Shown here one piece after another: positions 1-13,900 of a stretch of DNA of 64,000 bases. This DNA is from Octopus sinensis (lineage: Eukaryota). Each line of letters starts with the position of its first letter. Position 1 is the first letter of the stretch. The notes beneath the pieces are model-generated. The model saw only the letters and a program-made list of their open reading frames with translations, searched no databases and was not told where the DNA came from. The stretch spans positions 1 through 64,000 of the forward strand of contig NW_021831832.1 in NCBI RefSeq assembly GCF_006345805.1. Reading direction: 5' to 3'. The position numbers and the translations under genes were made by a program.

Positions 1-23
1 AGTACCCCATTAGCGAAAGGGTT

Positions 24-478
24 CATCATCATCGTTTAATGTCCATTTTCCATGCTGGCATGGGTTGGCCGGCTTGACTGAGGTCTGGAGAGCCAGTGGC
101 TGCACCAGGCTCCAATCTTGATCTGGCAGAGTTTCTACAGCTGGATGCCCTTCCTAGCGCCAACCACTCCGAGAGTGTAGTGGGTGCTTTTAAAGTGCCA
201 CCGGCATGAGGGCCAGTCAGGTAATACTGGCAATGACCTTGCTCGAATATTTTTACATATGCCACCGGCACAGGTGCCAGTAAGTCGACGCTGGTAACGA
301 TCACACTTGAATGGTGCCTTTTATGTGCCACCGGCACGGAAGCCAGTTGGCTGCTCTGGTTACGATCACACTCGGATGGTGCTCTTGGCACCCTACTAGG
401 ACGGGCACAGGTGCCAGTAAGGCGACGCTGGCAACGATTACACTCGAATGGTGCCTTTTATGTGCCACTGGCACGCAA
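24..478 (-). mobile_element. 5'-truncated copy of the same LINE 3' end (subfamily closest to the satellite founder)
   Basis: (CAT)n tail at 24, then UTR monomers resembling satellite units A and C (accattcaagtgtgatcgtt on - strand). Confidence 0.85.
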
Positions 479-712
479 CCAAAGAAAACATGGAAGGGAC
501 AGGTGGAGGAGGAGATTGGCAAGGTTGGCTTGAGGATGAAGGACTGCCAAAAATGGGCAAGATGGTGTGAGAGCAGTTGCTGTAAAAAGTGAGGTAAATC
601 TGGCCACCCCCTCCCGTTAATGGGGACAAACCCGGATTCAAAATATTGGAATTCATTCATAGAAGTATCCTTTATGTTTAAAAATTCATAAAATGTTATA
701 TTTGACTTTGTC
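478..712 (+). mobile_element. 3' fragment of a second RTE family (PKKTWKGQVEEEIGKVGL...)
   Basis: RTE C-terminal motif. Related fragment at 32935-33375 ending in (GAT)n, mirrored at ~57597-58030. Confidence 0.7.
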
Positions 713-802
713 ATGACCCTTTAGGCCTGCATGGGTTGAACGGTTGGATTAGATAGGAACCAGTGAATCCGAGATATTTGACTCCAGTATTTCAATTTTG
801 GT

Positions 803-1189
803 GGATGGAAGCACTCCGTCGGTTACGACGACGAGGGTTCCGGTTGATCCAATCAACGGAACAGCCTGCTCGTGAAATTAACGTGTAAGTGGCTGAGCAC
901 TCCACAGACACATGTACCCTTAACGTAGTTCTCGGGGATATTCAGCGTGACACAGAGTGTGACAAGGCCGGCCCTTTGAAATACAGGTACAAGAGAAACA
1001 GGAAGAAAGAGTGAGAGAAAGTTGTGGTGAAAGAGTACAGCAGGGATCACCACCATCCCTGCCGGAGCCTCGTGGAGCTTTTAGGTGTTTTCGCTCAATA
1101 AACACTCACAACACCCGGTCTGGGAATCGAAACCGCGATCCTACGACCGCGAGTCCGCTGCCCTAACCACTGGGCCATTGCGCCTCCAC
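803..1189 (-). mobile_element. tRNA-derived SINE with 12-bp TSD
   Basis: Head ggaggcgcaatggcccagtggttagggcagcggactcgcggtcgtaggatcgcggtttcgattccc (A and B boxes). TSD ttcaattttggt at 791-802 and 1190-1201. Confidence 0.9.
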
Positions 1190-1413
1190 TTCAATTTTGG
1201 TATGGTTTATATGACTGGTTGCTCTTCCTAATGCCATGATATGTCTGAAATAATTCCCTTGTAACGTGAGTTTTTAAAGATTCTTGTTAAATTCCAAGAA
1301 CAGCAAGCAATTTCAGAGCAGCACTAATACTATTTTGAAATTTTACTGTAAACATTTTCTTGAAAATCTGTTTTTAAAACCCAAATTTTAATCGTTTCAG
1401 ATCCAAATTCAAA

Positions 1414-1479
1414 ATGGATGGTGGATCTTCAGAAAACTGTATGAAATATATTCTTTTTTTCTTTAATTTGATCATCTTT
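1414..1479 (+). CDS. Tetraspanin copy 1, coding exon 1 (MDGGSSENCMKYILFFFNLIIF)
   Basis: ATG at 1414, TTTCAG acceptor ending at 1400 (so an upstream non-coding exon exists), GTAAGT donor at 1480. 22 codons; CMKY..F..N is the typical tetraspanin TM1 start. Confidence 0.9.
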
Positions 1480-1572
1480 GTAAGTAGAATTTTACATATT
1501 TAAAAATTGTCATTAAATTGTTTTACTTGACGATCAGTTACCAATTCTGCAATGATTTTATTTTTTTTTCAG

Positions 1573-1800
1573 ATCTTGGGTATTGCTGGTGTTGCCCTCG
1601 GAAGCGTCTTGCTGGCTAGAAAGGACCTTTTACTAGAGGGGCTTGACGAAATTAAAATTGAAGGTGTTCTTGATGGCTTTGATAATGAGACGATTAAGGC
1701 CGGTGCCATCGTTCTGATAATTGCATCTGTTGTTGCTGTATTTATTGCATTCTTCGGTTGCTTTGGAACATGGAAAGAGAACATCTGGATGCTTGGAACA
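1573..1800 (+). CDS. Tetraspanin copy 1, exon 2 (end of TM1, EC1, TM2, FFGCFG..KEN)
   Basis: Poly-T/CAG acceptor at 1572, GTGAGT donor at 1801. 76 codons in frame, with the FGCFG and KEN..ML tetraspanin motifs. Confidence 0.95.
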
Positions 1801-2289
1801 GTGAGTATATTACCTGCTTTCTAAATAAACTAGGTAAATAGAAACCTTCGAACAGAGACGTCAGTGGCGACACCTGCGGTCTGACTGCACTATATTGACA
1901 TGGGGCAATACCCCGAAACGCATCTGTAGCTGTCGGACTGGCAGTGTGAAGCGGCTGACCTCCCTTGTTCGAAGGTTATAATGGATACAGATCGTGTATC
2001 AATAGCTATCTTGATGGCGGTGGCCTCATGGAGCTGACCAGCTGCAGCGATTATTCTTATATCTATAAGAATGCCATATTAATATGGCGATAACAATTAA
2101 TTTCAAGTAAACGCTGCCGCAATCTCTATTATAGAGACTTAGTAATTTTTATATTTCTATTATTGAGAGTTTTTATTATTTTTCCTTATAAAATAGGTTT
2201 GGGATTTGCATGGTAAAGAAATCCTAGGCAGGAAAATAAGACAAATTTGTCTTTTGATTGGAATGTTAGTTGGTTAATTAGTTAATTTT

Positions 2290-2752
2290 TTGGCTCAAAA
2301 AGCAAAATGCAAGGCCATGTAGGGGGACATGGAGTTATGTACAGGGTGGTGTTCATGCAAAGAGTTCAGGCCACTTGTGATCAAGGGAGACTTTAAACCG
2401 AGCGGTCATCGGCATCTTCACCATCTCGTCCGGCAGCTTATTCCACGGATCCGCAACCTGGACGGAGAAAGCCCCTCTCCTTCGATTGAGATGAAATCGT
2501 CGCAGGAAGAGCTTTTCGGAATGACCCCGCAGCCGATGCTCTGGAGCAGGAGTGAAGAACAGCTCTTTTGAGAGGTTACACTTTCTGCTTATGATATTGT
2601 GAGCGAGAATGAGATCACCATGGCATCGTCGTTTTTCTAGAGAATAAAGGTGAGCGTCTTCAGCCTTTCTTCATAAGACAAATTCTTGAGACCAAGAACC
2701 ATGCGGGTAGCCAGCTTCTGGACTCTTTCGAGATGCTATATATTTATCATAC
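2290..2752 (-). mobile_element. CR1-type LINE 3' fragment
   Basis: Translates to HLERVQKLATRMVLGLKNLSYEERLKTL..SLEKRR..GDLI and FSVQVADPWNKLP, which are CR1 ORF2 C-terminal motifs. Confidence 0.85.
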
Positions 2753-2822
2753 ATATTTTGGTACTTGTACCTTTTCTTCTTGGGACACAAAACTCTGCTT
2801 GCGAAAACCTGTTGAGGCAAGT

Positions 2823-3116
2823 GAAATCGAAATCAATCAAAAATCAATGGAAATTGTAGTTGTGATACCAGTGCCGGTGGCACGTAAAATGCACCAACCG
2901 ATCGTGGCTGTTGCCGGCCTCGCCTGGCACCTGTCTCGGTGGCACGATAAAAGCACCCACTACATTCACGGAGTGGTTGGCCATAGGAAGGGCATCCAGC
3001 TGTGGAAACACTGCCACATCAGACTGGAGCCTGGTGCAGCCTCCTGGCTTCCCAGACCCTTGTCGAACCGTCCAACCCATGCCAGCATGGAAAACAGATG
3101 TTAAACGATGATGATG
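2823..3116 (+). mobile_element. Truncated RTE-LINE 3' end
   Basis: UTR monomer + conserved tail + (GAT)n. An opposite-orientation copy lies at 3264-3612. Confidence 0.85.
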
Positions 3117-3263
3117 TAGCAAACACGGTGATGTAAAATCTGAGTAAAATACCTTTTGTTTGTTTGTATATGGCACCTGTAAGGTGTTTGCAGATGCCTT
3201 ACCATTCCACAGACAGGTGTATCCATAACTTAATTTCTCAGGTAGAATTAGTGTGACAATCTA

Positions 3264-3612
3264 TCATCATCATCGTTTAGCGTCCGCTTTCCATGCTGGC
3301 ATGGGTTGGACGGTGCAACTGGGGTCTGGGAAGCCAGGAGGCTGCACCAGGCCCAGTCTGATCTGGCAATGTTTCTACGGCTGGATGTCCTTCCTAACAC
3401 CAACCACTCCATGAGTGTAGTGGGTGCTTTTTACGTGCCAGGCGAGGCTGGCAAACGGCCACGATCGGATGATGCTTTTTACGTGCCACCGGCATGGAGG
3501 CCAGTCGGGGCGGCGCTGGCAACGGCCACATTCGGATGGTTCTCTTATGTGCCACCGGCATCACAGCTACAATTTCCATTCATGTTGATCGATTTTGATT
3601 TTTGATTTTGAA
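3264..3612 (-). mobile_element. Truncated RTE-LINE 3' end
   Basis: (CAT)n tail at 3264, conserved tail, 2-3 UTR monomers, aaatcaaaatc pre-repeat segment. Confidence 0.85.
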
Positions 3613-3794
3613 TGTGAATAGCTACGTCTTTCAATTGCAGTTCTTTCATCTGTCATCTGCTCAGTTTCACTTGTGAGCTTTGGGTCAATCCAAAGCTATA
3701 GAAAAAAACATTTGCTCAAAACGCCAAGCAGTAGAGATGAACCTAGGGCCTCATGGTTCTGAAGCAAATTTAATCAGTTGGTCGTATGTTATAG

Positions 3795-4125
3795 GTGTAT
3801 CTGTTTCTTTATTACCCACAAGGGGCTAAACACAGAGAGGACAAACGGATTAAGTTCATTACATCGACCCCAGTAACGGCAGACGAAATACCTATTTCTT
3901 TACTACCCACAAGGAGTCAAACACAGAGAGGACAAACAAGGACAGACAAACAGATTAAGACGATTACATCGACCCCAGTGCGTAACTGGTACTTAATTTA
4001 TTAACTCCGAAAAGATGAAAGGCAAAGTTGACCTCGGCGGAATTTGAACTCAGAACGTAACGACAGACGAAATACCGCTAAGCACTTAGCCCGGCGTGCT
4101 AACGATTCTGCCAGCTCACCGCCCT
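3795..4125 (-). mobile_element. tRNA-derived SINE (ttcatcctttcggggtcgat core), with partial tandem 3' duplication
   Basis: Head ggcggtgagctggcagaatcgttagc..gagttcaaattcc. Same family at ~4400-4690, 26270-26450, 26790-26975, 31321-31553, 31555-31740 and their mirrors. The core resembles Meta-domain SINEs (from memory, unverified). Confidence 0.85.
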
Positions 4126-4247
4126 TCCTTGCAAACATAGTAATCCATTAAGGTGCATGTTGTTCAAAGGAGTGAGGTGGGGTGATGATGTTACCTTGGA
4201 TTCGAACAAGGTTGGTTCTAAGAACAGCAACCAGCAGGAGAAAACTT

Positions 4248-4335
4248 GGCACCACACCCCTTACAACATGGCACCACAGCCCTTACAACATGGCACCACA
4301 GCCCTTACAACATGGCACCACAGCCCTTACAACAT
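4248..4335 (+). repeat. 22-bp minisatellite x4 (ggcaccacagcccttacaacat)
   Basis: Four near-perfect units, 88 bp. Confidence 0.95.
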
Positions 4336-4777
4336 TTCCCTTTTTTAACCCAGTCATTCTCAAGGGGTTATATGACACTTGGGGATCCATGTAAGATTTT
4401 GTCGATAAAAATTATCTGCATTAAGCTGTTTACAGTATACAAAATAAGTACCAGTTGAACACTGGGGTCCGATGTAATTGACTCTTCCCCATTTCCCCCA
4501 ATATTGATTATTATTATTATTATTATTACTCAACATTCTGAGTTCAAATTCCGCTGAGGTCGACTTTGCCATTCATCCTTTTGAGGTGATAAATTAAGTA
4601 CCAGTGCCACACTGGGGGGGGCGATGTATTAAACTCCCCCCCCCCCCCGCGCCCACCAATTTCAGACCTTGTGCTTATAGTGAAAAGGATTATTCAAAAT
4701 AGTTTTTGTTACAACGTTTTTTCCCATTTTTCTCACTGCAATCAGTACTATTTGAACCTATGTCTTTTATTTTCCAG

Positions 4778-4852
4778 TACAGTACAATAATGACCATTAT
4801 CCTTGCTCTACAAGTTGCTGTCTTCGTAATGATCATTGTGACTCGGCCAAAG
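4778..4852 (+). CDS. Tetraspanin copy 1, exon 3 (TM3: YSTIMTIILALQVAVFVMIIVTRPK)
   Basis: TTTCCAG acceptor, AAG/GTAATT donor. 25 codons; hydrophobic helix containing the polar Q typical of TM3. Confidence 0.9.
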
Positions 4853-4950
4853 GTAATTAGAATTAATTAAGAAAAACCTGATTATTTTTGATACAAATGA
4901 ATCCAGTTTTAATTTATTACATATCTTGTTTTATGTTCACTTTTTTTATC

Positions 4951-7900
4951 AGTGATTGTTGCCGGAGCCACTGACTGGCTCCTGTGCCAGTGGCATGTAA
5001 AAAGCACCATTCGAGCATGATCGTTGCCAGTGTTACCAGACTGGCTCCTGTGCCAGTGGCATGTAAAAAGCACCATTTGAGCATGGTCGATGCCTGACTG
5101 GCTCCTGTGCCAGTGACACATAAAAACACCATTCAAGTGTGGTCATTGCCAGTGGCATGTAAAAAGCACCATTTGAGCATGGTCGATGCCTGACTGGCTC
5201 CTGTGCCAGTGGCACATAAAAACACCATTCAAGTGTGGTCATTACCAGTGGCATGTACAAAGCACCATTCGAGCATGGTCGATGCCAGTGTTACCAGACT
5301 GGCTCCTGTGCCGTGGCATGTAAAAGCACCATTTGAGCATGGTCGATGCCTGACTGGCTCCTGTGCCAGTGGCACATAAAAACACACATTCAAGTGTGGT
5401 CATTGCCAGTGGCATGTAAAAAGCACCATTTGAGCATGATCGTTGCCAGTGTTACCAGACTGGCTCCTGTGCCAGTGACATGTAAAAACACCATTCAAGT
5501 GTGGTCATTGCCAGTGGCATGTACAAAGCACCATTCGAGCATGATCGTTGCCAGTGTTACCAGACTGGCTCCTGTGCCAGTGGCATGTAAAAAGCCCATT
5601 TGAGCATGGTCGATGGCTGACTGGCTACTGTGCCAGTGGCACATAAAAACAACACCATTCAAGTGTGGTCATTACCAGTGGCATGTACAAAGCACCATTC
5701 GAGCATGATCGTTGCCAGTTTTACCAGACTGGCTCCTGTGCCAGTGACATGTAAAAAGCACCGTTTGAGCATGGTCGATGCCTGACTGGCTCCTGTGCCA
5801 GTGACACATAAAAACACCATTCAAGTGTGGTCATTACCAGTGGCATGTAAAAAGCACCATTCGAGCATGATCGTTGCCAGTGTTACCAGACTGGCTCCTG
5901 TGCCAGTGGCATGTAAAAAGCACCATTTGAGCATGGTCGATGGCTGACTGGTTCCTGTGCCAGTGACACATAAAAACACCATTCAAGTGTGGTCATTGCC
6001 AGTGGCATGTAAAAAGCACCATTCGAGCATGGTCGATGCCTGACTGGCTCCTGTGCCAGTGGCACATAAAACAACCATTCAAGTGTGGTCATTACCAGTG
6101 GCATGTACAAAGCACCATTCGAGCATGATCGTTGCCAGTGTTACCAGACTGGCTCCTGTGCCAGTGGCATGTAAAAAGCACCATTTGAGCATGGTCGATG
6201 GCTGACTGGTTCCTGTGCCAGTGACACAAAAAAACCATTCAAGTGTGGTCATTGCCAGTGGCATGTAAAAGCACCATTCGAGCATGATCGTTGCCAGTGT
6301 TACCAGACTGGCTCCTGTGCCAGTGGCATGTAAAAAGCACCATTTGAGCATGGTCGATGGCTGACTGGTTCCTGTGCCAGTGGCACATAAAAACACCATT
6401 CAAGTGTGGTCATTGCCAGTGGCATGTAAAAAGCACCATTCGAGCATGATCGTTGCCAGTGTTACCAGACTGGCTCCTGTGCCAGTGGCATGTAAAAAGC
6501 ACCATTTGAGCATGGTCGATGGCTGACTGGCTCCTGTGCCAGTGACACATAAAAACACCATTCAAGTGTGGTCATTGCCAGTGGCATGTAAAAAGCACCA
6601 TTCGAGCATGGTCGATGCCTGACTGGCTCCTGTGCCAGTGGCACATAAAAACACCATTCAAGTGTGGTCATTACCAGTGGCATGTACAAAGCACCATTCG
6701 AGCATGATCGTTGCCAGTGTTACCAGACTGGCTCCTGTGCCAGTGGCATGTAAAAAGCACCATTTGAGCATGGTCGATGCCTGACTGGCTCCTGTGCCAG
6801 TGACACATAAAAACACCATTCAAGTGTGGTCATTACCAGTGGCATGTACAAAGCACCATTCGAGCATGATCGTTGCCAGTGTTACCAGACTGGCTCCTGT
6901 GCCAGTGGCATGTAAAAAGCACCATTTGAGCATGGTCGATGCCTGACTGGCTCCTGTGCCAGTGGCACATAAAAACACCATTCAAGTGTGGTCATTGCCA
7001 GTGGCATGTAAAAGCACCATTCGAGCATGATCGTTGCCAGTGTTACCAGACTGGCTCCTGTGCCAGTGACATGTAAAAAGCACCATTTGAGCATGGTCGA
7101 TGCCTGACTGGCTCCTGTGCCAGTGGCACATAAAAACACCATTCAAGTGTGGTCATTGCCAGTGGCATGTAAAAAGCACCATTCGAGCATGATCGTTGCC
7201 AGTGTTACCAGACTGGCTCCTGTGCCAGTGGCATGTAAAAGCACCATTTGAGCATGGTCGATGCCTGACTGGCTCCTGTGCCAGTGGCACATAAAAACAC
7301 CATTCAAGTGTGGTCATTGCCAGTGGCATGTAAAAAGCACCATTCGAGCATGATCGTTGCCAGTGTTACCAGACTGGCTCCTGTGCCAGTGGCATGTAAA
7401 AAGCACCATTTGAGCATGGTCGATGCCTGACTGGCTCCTGTGCCAGTGGCACATAAAAACACCATTCAAGTGTGGTCATTACCAGTGGCATGTAAAAAGC
7501 ACCATTCGAGCATGATCGTTGCCAGTGTTACCAGACTGGCTCCTGTGCCAGAGGCATGTACAAAGCACCATTTGAGCATGGTCGATGGCTAACTGGCTAC
7601 TGTGCCAGTGGCACATAAAAACACCATTCAAGTGTGGTCATTACCAGTGGCATGTACAAAGCACCATTCGAGCATGATCGTTGCCAGTGTTACCAGACTG
7701 GCTCCTGTGCCAGTGGCATGTAAAAAGCACCATTTGAGCATGGTCGATGCCTGACTGGCTCCTGTGCCAGTGACACATAAAGACACCATTCAAGTGTGGT
7801 CATTACCAGTGGCATGTACAAAGCACCATTCGAGCATGATCGTTGCCAGTGTTGCCAGACTGGCCCCTGTGCCAGTGGCATATAAAAAGCACCGTTTGAG

Positions 7901-10900
7901 CATGGTCGATGCCTGACTGGCTCCTGTGCCAGTGACACATAGAATCACCATTCAAGTGTGGTCATTGCCAGTGGCATGTAAAAAGCACCATTCGAGCATG
8001 ATCGTTGCCAGTGTTACCAGACTGGCTCCTGTGCCAGTGGCATGTAAAAAGCACCATTTGAGCATGGTCGATGCCTGACTGGCTCCTGTGCCAGTGACAC
8101 ATAAAAACACCATTCAAGTGTGTTCAATGCCAGTGGCATGTAAAAAGCACCATTCGAGCATGATCGTTGCCAGTGTTACCAGACTGGCTCCTGTGCCAGA
8201 GGCATGTAAAAAGCACCATTTGAGCATGGTCGATGCCTGACTGGCTCCTGTGCCAGTGACACATAAAAACACCATTCAAGTGTGGTCATTGCCAGTGGCA
8301 TGTAAAAGCACCATTCGAGCATGATCGTTGCCAGTGTTACCAGACTGGCTCCTGTGCCAGTGGCATGTAAAAAGCACCATTTGAGCATGGCCGATGCCTG
8401 ACTGGCTCCTGTGCCAGTGACACATAAAAACCCCATTCAAGTGTGGTCATTACCAGTGGCATGTAAAAAGCACCATTCGAGCATGATCGTTGCCAGTGTT
8501 ACCAGACTGGCTCCTGTGCCAGTGGCATGTAAAAAGCACCATTTGAGCATGGTCGATGCCTGACTGGCTCCTGTGCCAGTGACACATAAAAACACCATTC
8601 AAGTGTGGTCATTACCAGTGGCATGTAAAAAACACCATTTGAGCATGGTCGATGGCTGACTGGCTACTGTGCCAGTGGCACATAAAAACACCATTCAAGT
8701 GTGGTCATTACCAGTGGCATGTAAAAAGCACCATTCGAGCATGATCGTTGCCAGTGTTACCAGACTGGCTCCTGTGCCAGTGGCATGTAAAAAGCACCAT
8801 TTGAGCATGGTCGATGGCTGACTGGCTACTGTGCCAGTGGCACATAAAAACACCATTCAAGTGTGGTCATTACCAGTGGCATGTAAAAAGCACCATTCGA
8901 GCATGATCGTTGCCAGTGTTACCAGACTGGCTCCTGTGCCAGTGGCATGTAAAAAGCACCATTTGAGCATGGTCGATGCCTGACTGGCTCCTGTGCCAGT
9001 GGCACATAAAAACACCATTCAAATGTGGTCATTACCAGTGGCATGTAAAAAGCACCATTCGAGCATGATCGTTGCCAGTGTTACCAGACTGGCTCCTGTG
9101 CCAGTGGCATGTAAAAAGCACCATTTGAGCATGGCCGATGCCTGACTGGCTCCTGTGCCAGTGACACATAAAAACCCCATTCAAGTGTGGTCATTACCAG
9201 TGGCATGTAAAAAGCACCATTCGAGCATGATCGTTGCCAGTGTTACCAGACTGGCTCCTGTGCCAGTGGCATGTAAAAAGCACCATTTGAGCATGGTCGA
9301 TGCCTGACTGGCTCCTGTGCCAGTGACACATAAAAACACCATTCAAGTGTGGTCATTACCAGTGGCATGTAAAAAAACCATTTGAGCATGGTCGATGGCT
9401 GACTGGCTACTGTGCCAGTGCACATAAAAACACCATTCAAGTGTGGTCATTACCAGTGGCATGTAAAAAGCACCATTCGAGCATGATCGTTGCCAGTGTT
9501 ACCAGACTGGCTCCTGTGCCAGTGGCATGTAAAAAGCACCATTTGAGCATGGTCGATGGCTGACTGGCTACTGTGCCAGTGGCACATAAAAACACCATTC
9601 AAGTGTGGTCATTACCAGTGGCATGTACAAAGCACCATTCGAGCATGATCGTTGCCAGTGTTACCAGACTGGCTCCTGTGCCAGTGGCATGTAAAAAGCA
9701 CCATTTGAGCATGGTCGATGCCTGACTGGCTCCTGTGCCAGTGACACATAAAAACACCATTCAAGTGTGGTCATTGCCAGTGGCATGTAAAAAGCACCAA
9801 TCGAGCATGGTCGATGCCAGTGTTACCAGACTGGCTCCTGTGCCAGTGGCATGTAAAAAGCACCATTTGAGCATGGTCGATGCCTGACTGGCTCCTGTGC
9901 CAGTGACACATAAAAACACCATTCAAGTGTGGTCATTGCCAGTGGCATGTAAAAAGCACCATTCGAGCATGGTCGATGCCAGTGTTACCAGACTGGCTCC
10001 TGTGCCAGTGGCATGTAAAAAGCACCATTTGAGCATGGTCGATGCCTGACTGGCTCCTGTGCCAGTGACACATAAAAACACCATTCAAGTGTGGTCATTG
10101 CCAGTGGCATGTAAAAAGCACCATTCGAGCATGGTCGATGCCAGTGTTACCAGACTGGCTCCTGTGCCAGTGGCATGTAAAAAGCACCATTTGAGCATGG
10201 TCGATGCCTGACTGGCTCCTGTGCCAGTGACACATAAAAACACCATTCAAGTGTGGTCATTGCCAGTGGCATGTAAAAAGCACCATTCGAGCATGGTCGA
10301 TGCCAGTGTTACCAGACTGGCTCCTGTGCCAGTGGCATGTAAAAAGCACCATTTGAGCATGGTCGATGCCTGACTGGCTCCTGTGCCAGTGACACATAAA
10401 AACACCATTCAAGTGTGGTCATTGCCAGTGGCATGTAAAAAGCACCATTCGAGCATGGTCGATGCCAGTGTTACCAGACTGGCTCCTGTGCCAGTGGCAT
10501 GTAAAAAGCACCATTTGAGCATGGTCGATACCTGACTGGCTCCTGTGCCAGTGACACATAAAAACACCATTCAAGTGTGGTCATTGCCAGTGGCATGTAA
10601 AAGCACCATTTGAGCATGGTCGATGCCTGACTGGCTCCTGTGCCAGTGACACATAAAAACACCATTCAAGTGTGGTCATTGCCAGTGGCATGTAAAAAGC
10701 ACCATTCGAGCATGGTCGATGCCAGTGTTACCAGACTGGCTCCTGTGCCAGTGGCATGTAAGAAGCACCATTTGAGCATGGTCGATACCTGACTGGCTCC
10801 TGTGCCAGTGACACATAAAAACACCATTCAAGTGTGGTCATTGCCAGTGGCATGTAAAAGCACCATTTGAGCATGGTCGATGCCTGACTGGCTCCTGTGC

Positions 10901-13900
10901 CAGTGACACATAAAAACACCATTCAAGTGTGGTCATTGCCAGTGGCATGTAAAAAGCACCATTCGAGCATGGTCGATGCCAGTGTTACCAGACTGGCTCC
11001 TGTGCCAGTGGCATGTAAGAAGCACCATTTGAGCATGGTCGATACCTGACTGGCTCCTGTGCCAGTGACACATAAAAGCACCATTCAAGTGTGGTCATTG
11101 CCAGTGGAATGTAAAAAGCACCATTCGAGCATGATCGTTGCCAGTGTTACCAGACTGGCTCCTGTGCCAGTGGCATGTAAAAAGCACTATTTGAGCATGG
11201 TCGATGCCTGACTGGCTCCTGTGCCAGTGACACATAAAAACACCATTCAAGTGTGGTCATTGCCAGTGGCATGTAAAAGCACCATTTGAGCATGGTCGAT
11301 GCCTGACTGGCTCCTGTGCCAGTGACACATAAAAACACCATTCAAGTGTGGTCATTGCCACTGGCATGTAAAAAGCACCATTCGAGCATGGTCGATGCCA
11401 GTGTTACCAGACTGGCTCCTGTGCCAGTGGCATGTAAGAAGCACCATTTGAGCATGGTCGATACCTGACTGGCTCCTGTGCCAGTGACACATAAAAACAC
11501 CATTCAAGTGTGGTCATTGCCACTGGCATGTAAAAGCACCATTTGAGCATGGTCGATGCCTGACTGGCTCCTGTGCCAGTGACACATAAAAACACCATTC
11601 AAGTGTGGTCATTGCCAGTGGCATGTAAAAAGCACCATTCGAGCATGGTCGATGCCAGTGTTACCAGACTGGCTCCTGTGCCAGTGGCATGTAAAAAGCA
11701 CCATTTGAGCATGGTCGATGCCTGACTGGCTCCTGTGCCAGTGACACATAAAAACACCATTCAAGTGTGGTCATTGCCAGTGGCATGTAAAAAGCACCAT
11801 TCGAGCATGGTCGATGCCAGTGTTACCAGACTGGCTCCTGTGCCAGTGGCATGTAAGAAGCACCATTTGAGCATGGTCGATACCTGACTGGCTCCTGTGC
11901 CAGTGACACATAAAAGCACCATTCAAGTGTGGTCATTGCCAGTGGCATGTAAAAAGCACCATTCGAGCATGATCGTTGCCAGTGTTACCAGACTGGCTCC
12001 TGTGCCAGTGGCATGTAAAAAGCACCATTTGAGCATGGTCGATGCCTGACTGGCTCCTGTGCCAGTGACACATAAAAACACCATTCAAGTGTGGTCATTG
12101 CCAGTGGCATGTAAAAAGCACCATTCGAGCATGGTCGATGCCAGTGTTACCAGACTGGCTCCTGTGCCAGTGGCATGTAAGAAGCACCATTTGAGCATGG
12201 TCGATATCTGACTGGCTCCTGTGCCAGTGACACATAAAAGCACCATTCAAGTGTGGTCATTGCCAGTGGCATGTAAAAAGCACCATTCGAGCATGGTCGA
12301 TGCCAGTGTTACCAGACTGGCTCCTGTGCCAGTGGCATGTAAGAAGCACCATTTGAGCATGGTCGATGCCTGACTGGCACCTGTGCCAGTGACACATAAA
12401 AACACCATTCAAGTGTGGTCATTGCCAGTGGCATGTAAAAAGCACCATTCGAGCATGGTCGATGCCAGTGTTACCAGACTGGCTCCTGTGCCAGTGGCAT
12501 GTAAGAAGCACCATTTGAGCATGGTCGATGCCTGACTGGCTCCTGTGCCAGTGACACATAAAAGCACCATTCAAGTGTGGTCATTGCCAGTGGCATGTAA
12601 AAGCACCATTCGAGCATGATCGTTGCCAGTGTTACCAGACTGGCTCCTGTGCCAGTGGCATGTAAATAGCACCATTTGAGCATAGTCGATGCCTGACTGG
12701 CTCCTGTGCCAGTGACACATAAAAACACCATTCAAGTGTGGTCATTACCAGTGGCATGTAAAAAGCACCATTCGAGCATGATCGTTGCCAGTGTTACCAG
12801 ACTGGCTCCTGTGCCAGTGGCATGTAAGAAGCACCATTTGAGCATGGTCGATGCCTGACTGGCTACTGTGCCAGTGGCACATAAAAACACCATTCAAGTG
12901 TGGTCATTGCCAGTGGCATGTAAAAAGCACCATTCGAGCATGATCGTTGCCAGTGTTACCAGACTGGCTCCTGTGCCAGTGGCATGTAAAAAGCACCATT
13001 TGAGCATGGTCGATGCCTGACTGGCTCCTGTGCCAGTGACACATAAAAACCCCATTCAAGTGTGGTCATTGCCAGTGGCATGTAAAAAGCACCATTCGAG
13101 CATGATCGTTGCCAGTGTTACCAGACTGGCTCCTGTGCCAGTGGCATGTAAGAAGCACCATTTGAGCATGGTCGATGGCTGACTGGCTACTGTGCCAGTG
13201 GCACATAAAAACACCATTCAAGTGTGGTCATTGCCAGTGGCATGTAAAAAGCACCATTCGAGCATGATCGTTGCCAGTGTTACCAGACTGGCTCCTGTGC
13301 CAGTGGCATGTAAAAAGCACCATTTGAGCATGGTCGATGCCTGACTGGCTCCTGTGCCAGTGACACATAAAAACCCCATTCAAGTGTGGTCATTGCCAGT
13401 GGCATGTAAAAAGCACCATTCGAGCATGATCGTTGCCAGTGTTACCAGACTGGCTCCTGTGCCAGTGGCATGTAAAAAGCACCATTTGAGCATGGTCGAT
13501 GCCTGACTGGCTCCTGTGCCAGTGACACATAAAAACCCCATTCAAGTGTGGTCATTACCAGTGGCATGTACAAAGCACCATTCGAGCATGATCGTTGCCA
13601 GTGTTACCAGACAGGCTCCTGTGCCAGTGGCATGTAAAAAGCACCATTTGAGCATGGTCGATACCTGACTGGCTCCTGTGCCAGTGACACATAAAAACAC
13701 CATTCAAGTGTGGTCATTACCAGTGGCATGTAAAAAGCACCATTCGAGCATGATCGTTGCCAGTGTTACCAGACTGGCTCCTGTGCCAGTGGCATGTAAA
13801 AAGCACCATTTGAGCATGGTCGATACCTGACTGGCTCCTGTGCCAGTGACACATAAAAACCCCATTCAAGTGTGGTCATTGCCAGTGGCATGTAAAAGCA

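Noticed and set aside
803-1189. tRNA gene (also 36050-36124 and other SINE heads)
   Set aside because: Only A/B boxes and partial cloverleafs, fused to repeat bodies with TSDs; these are SINE heads.
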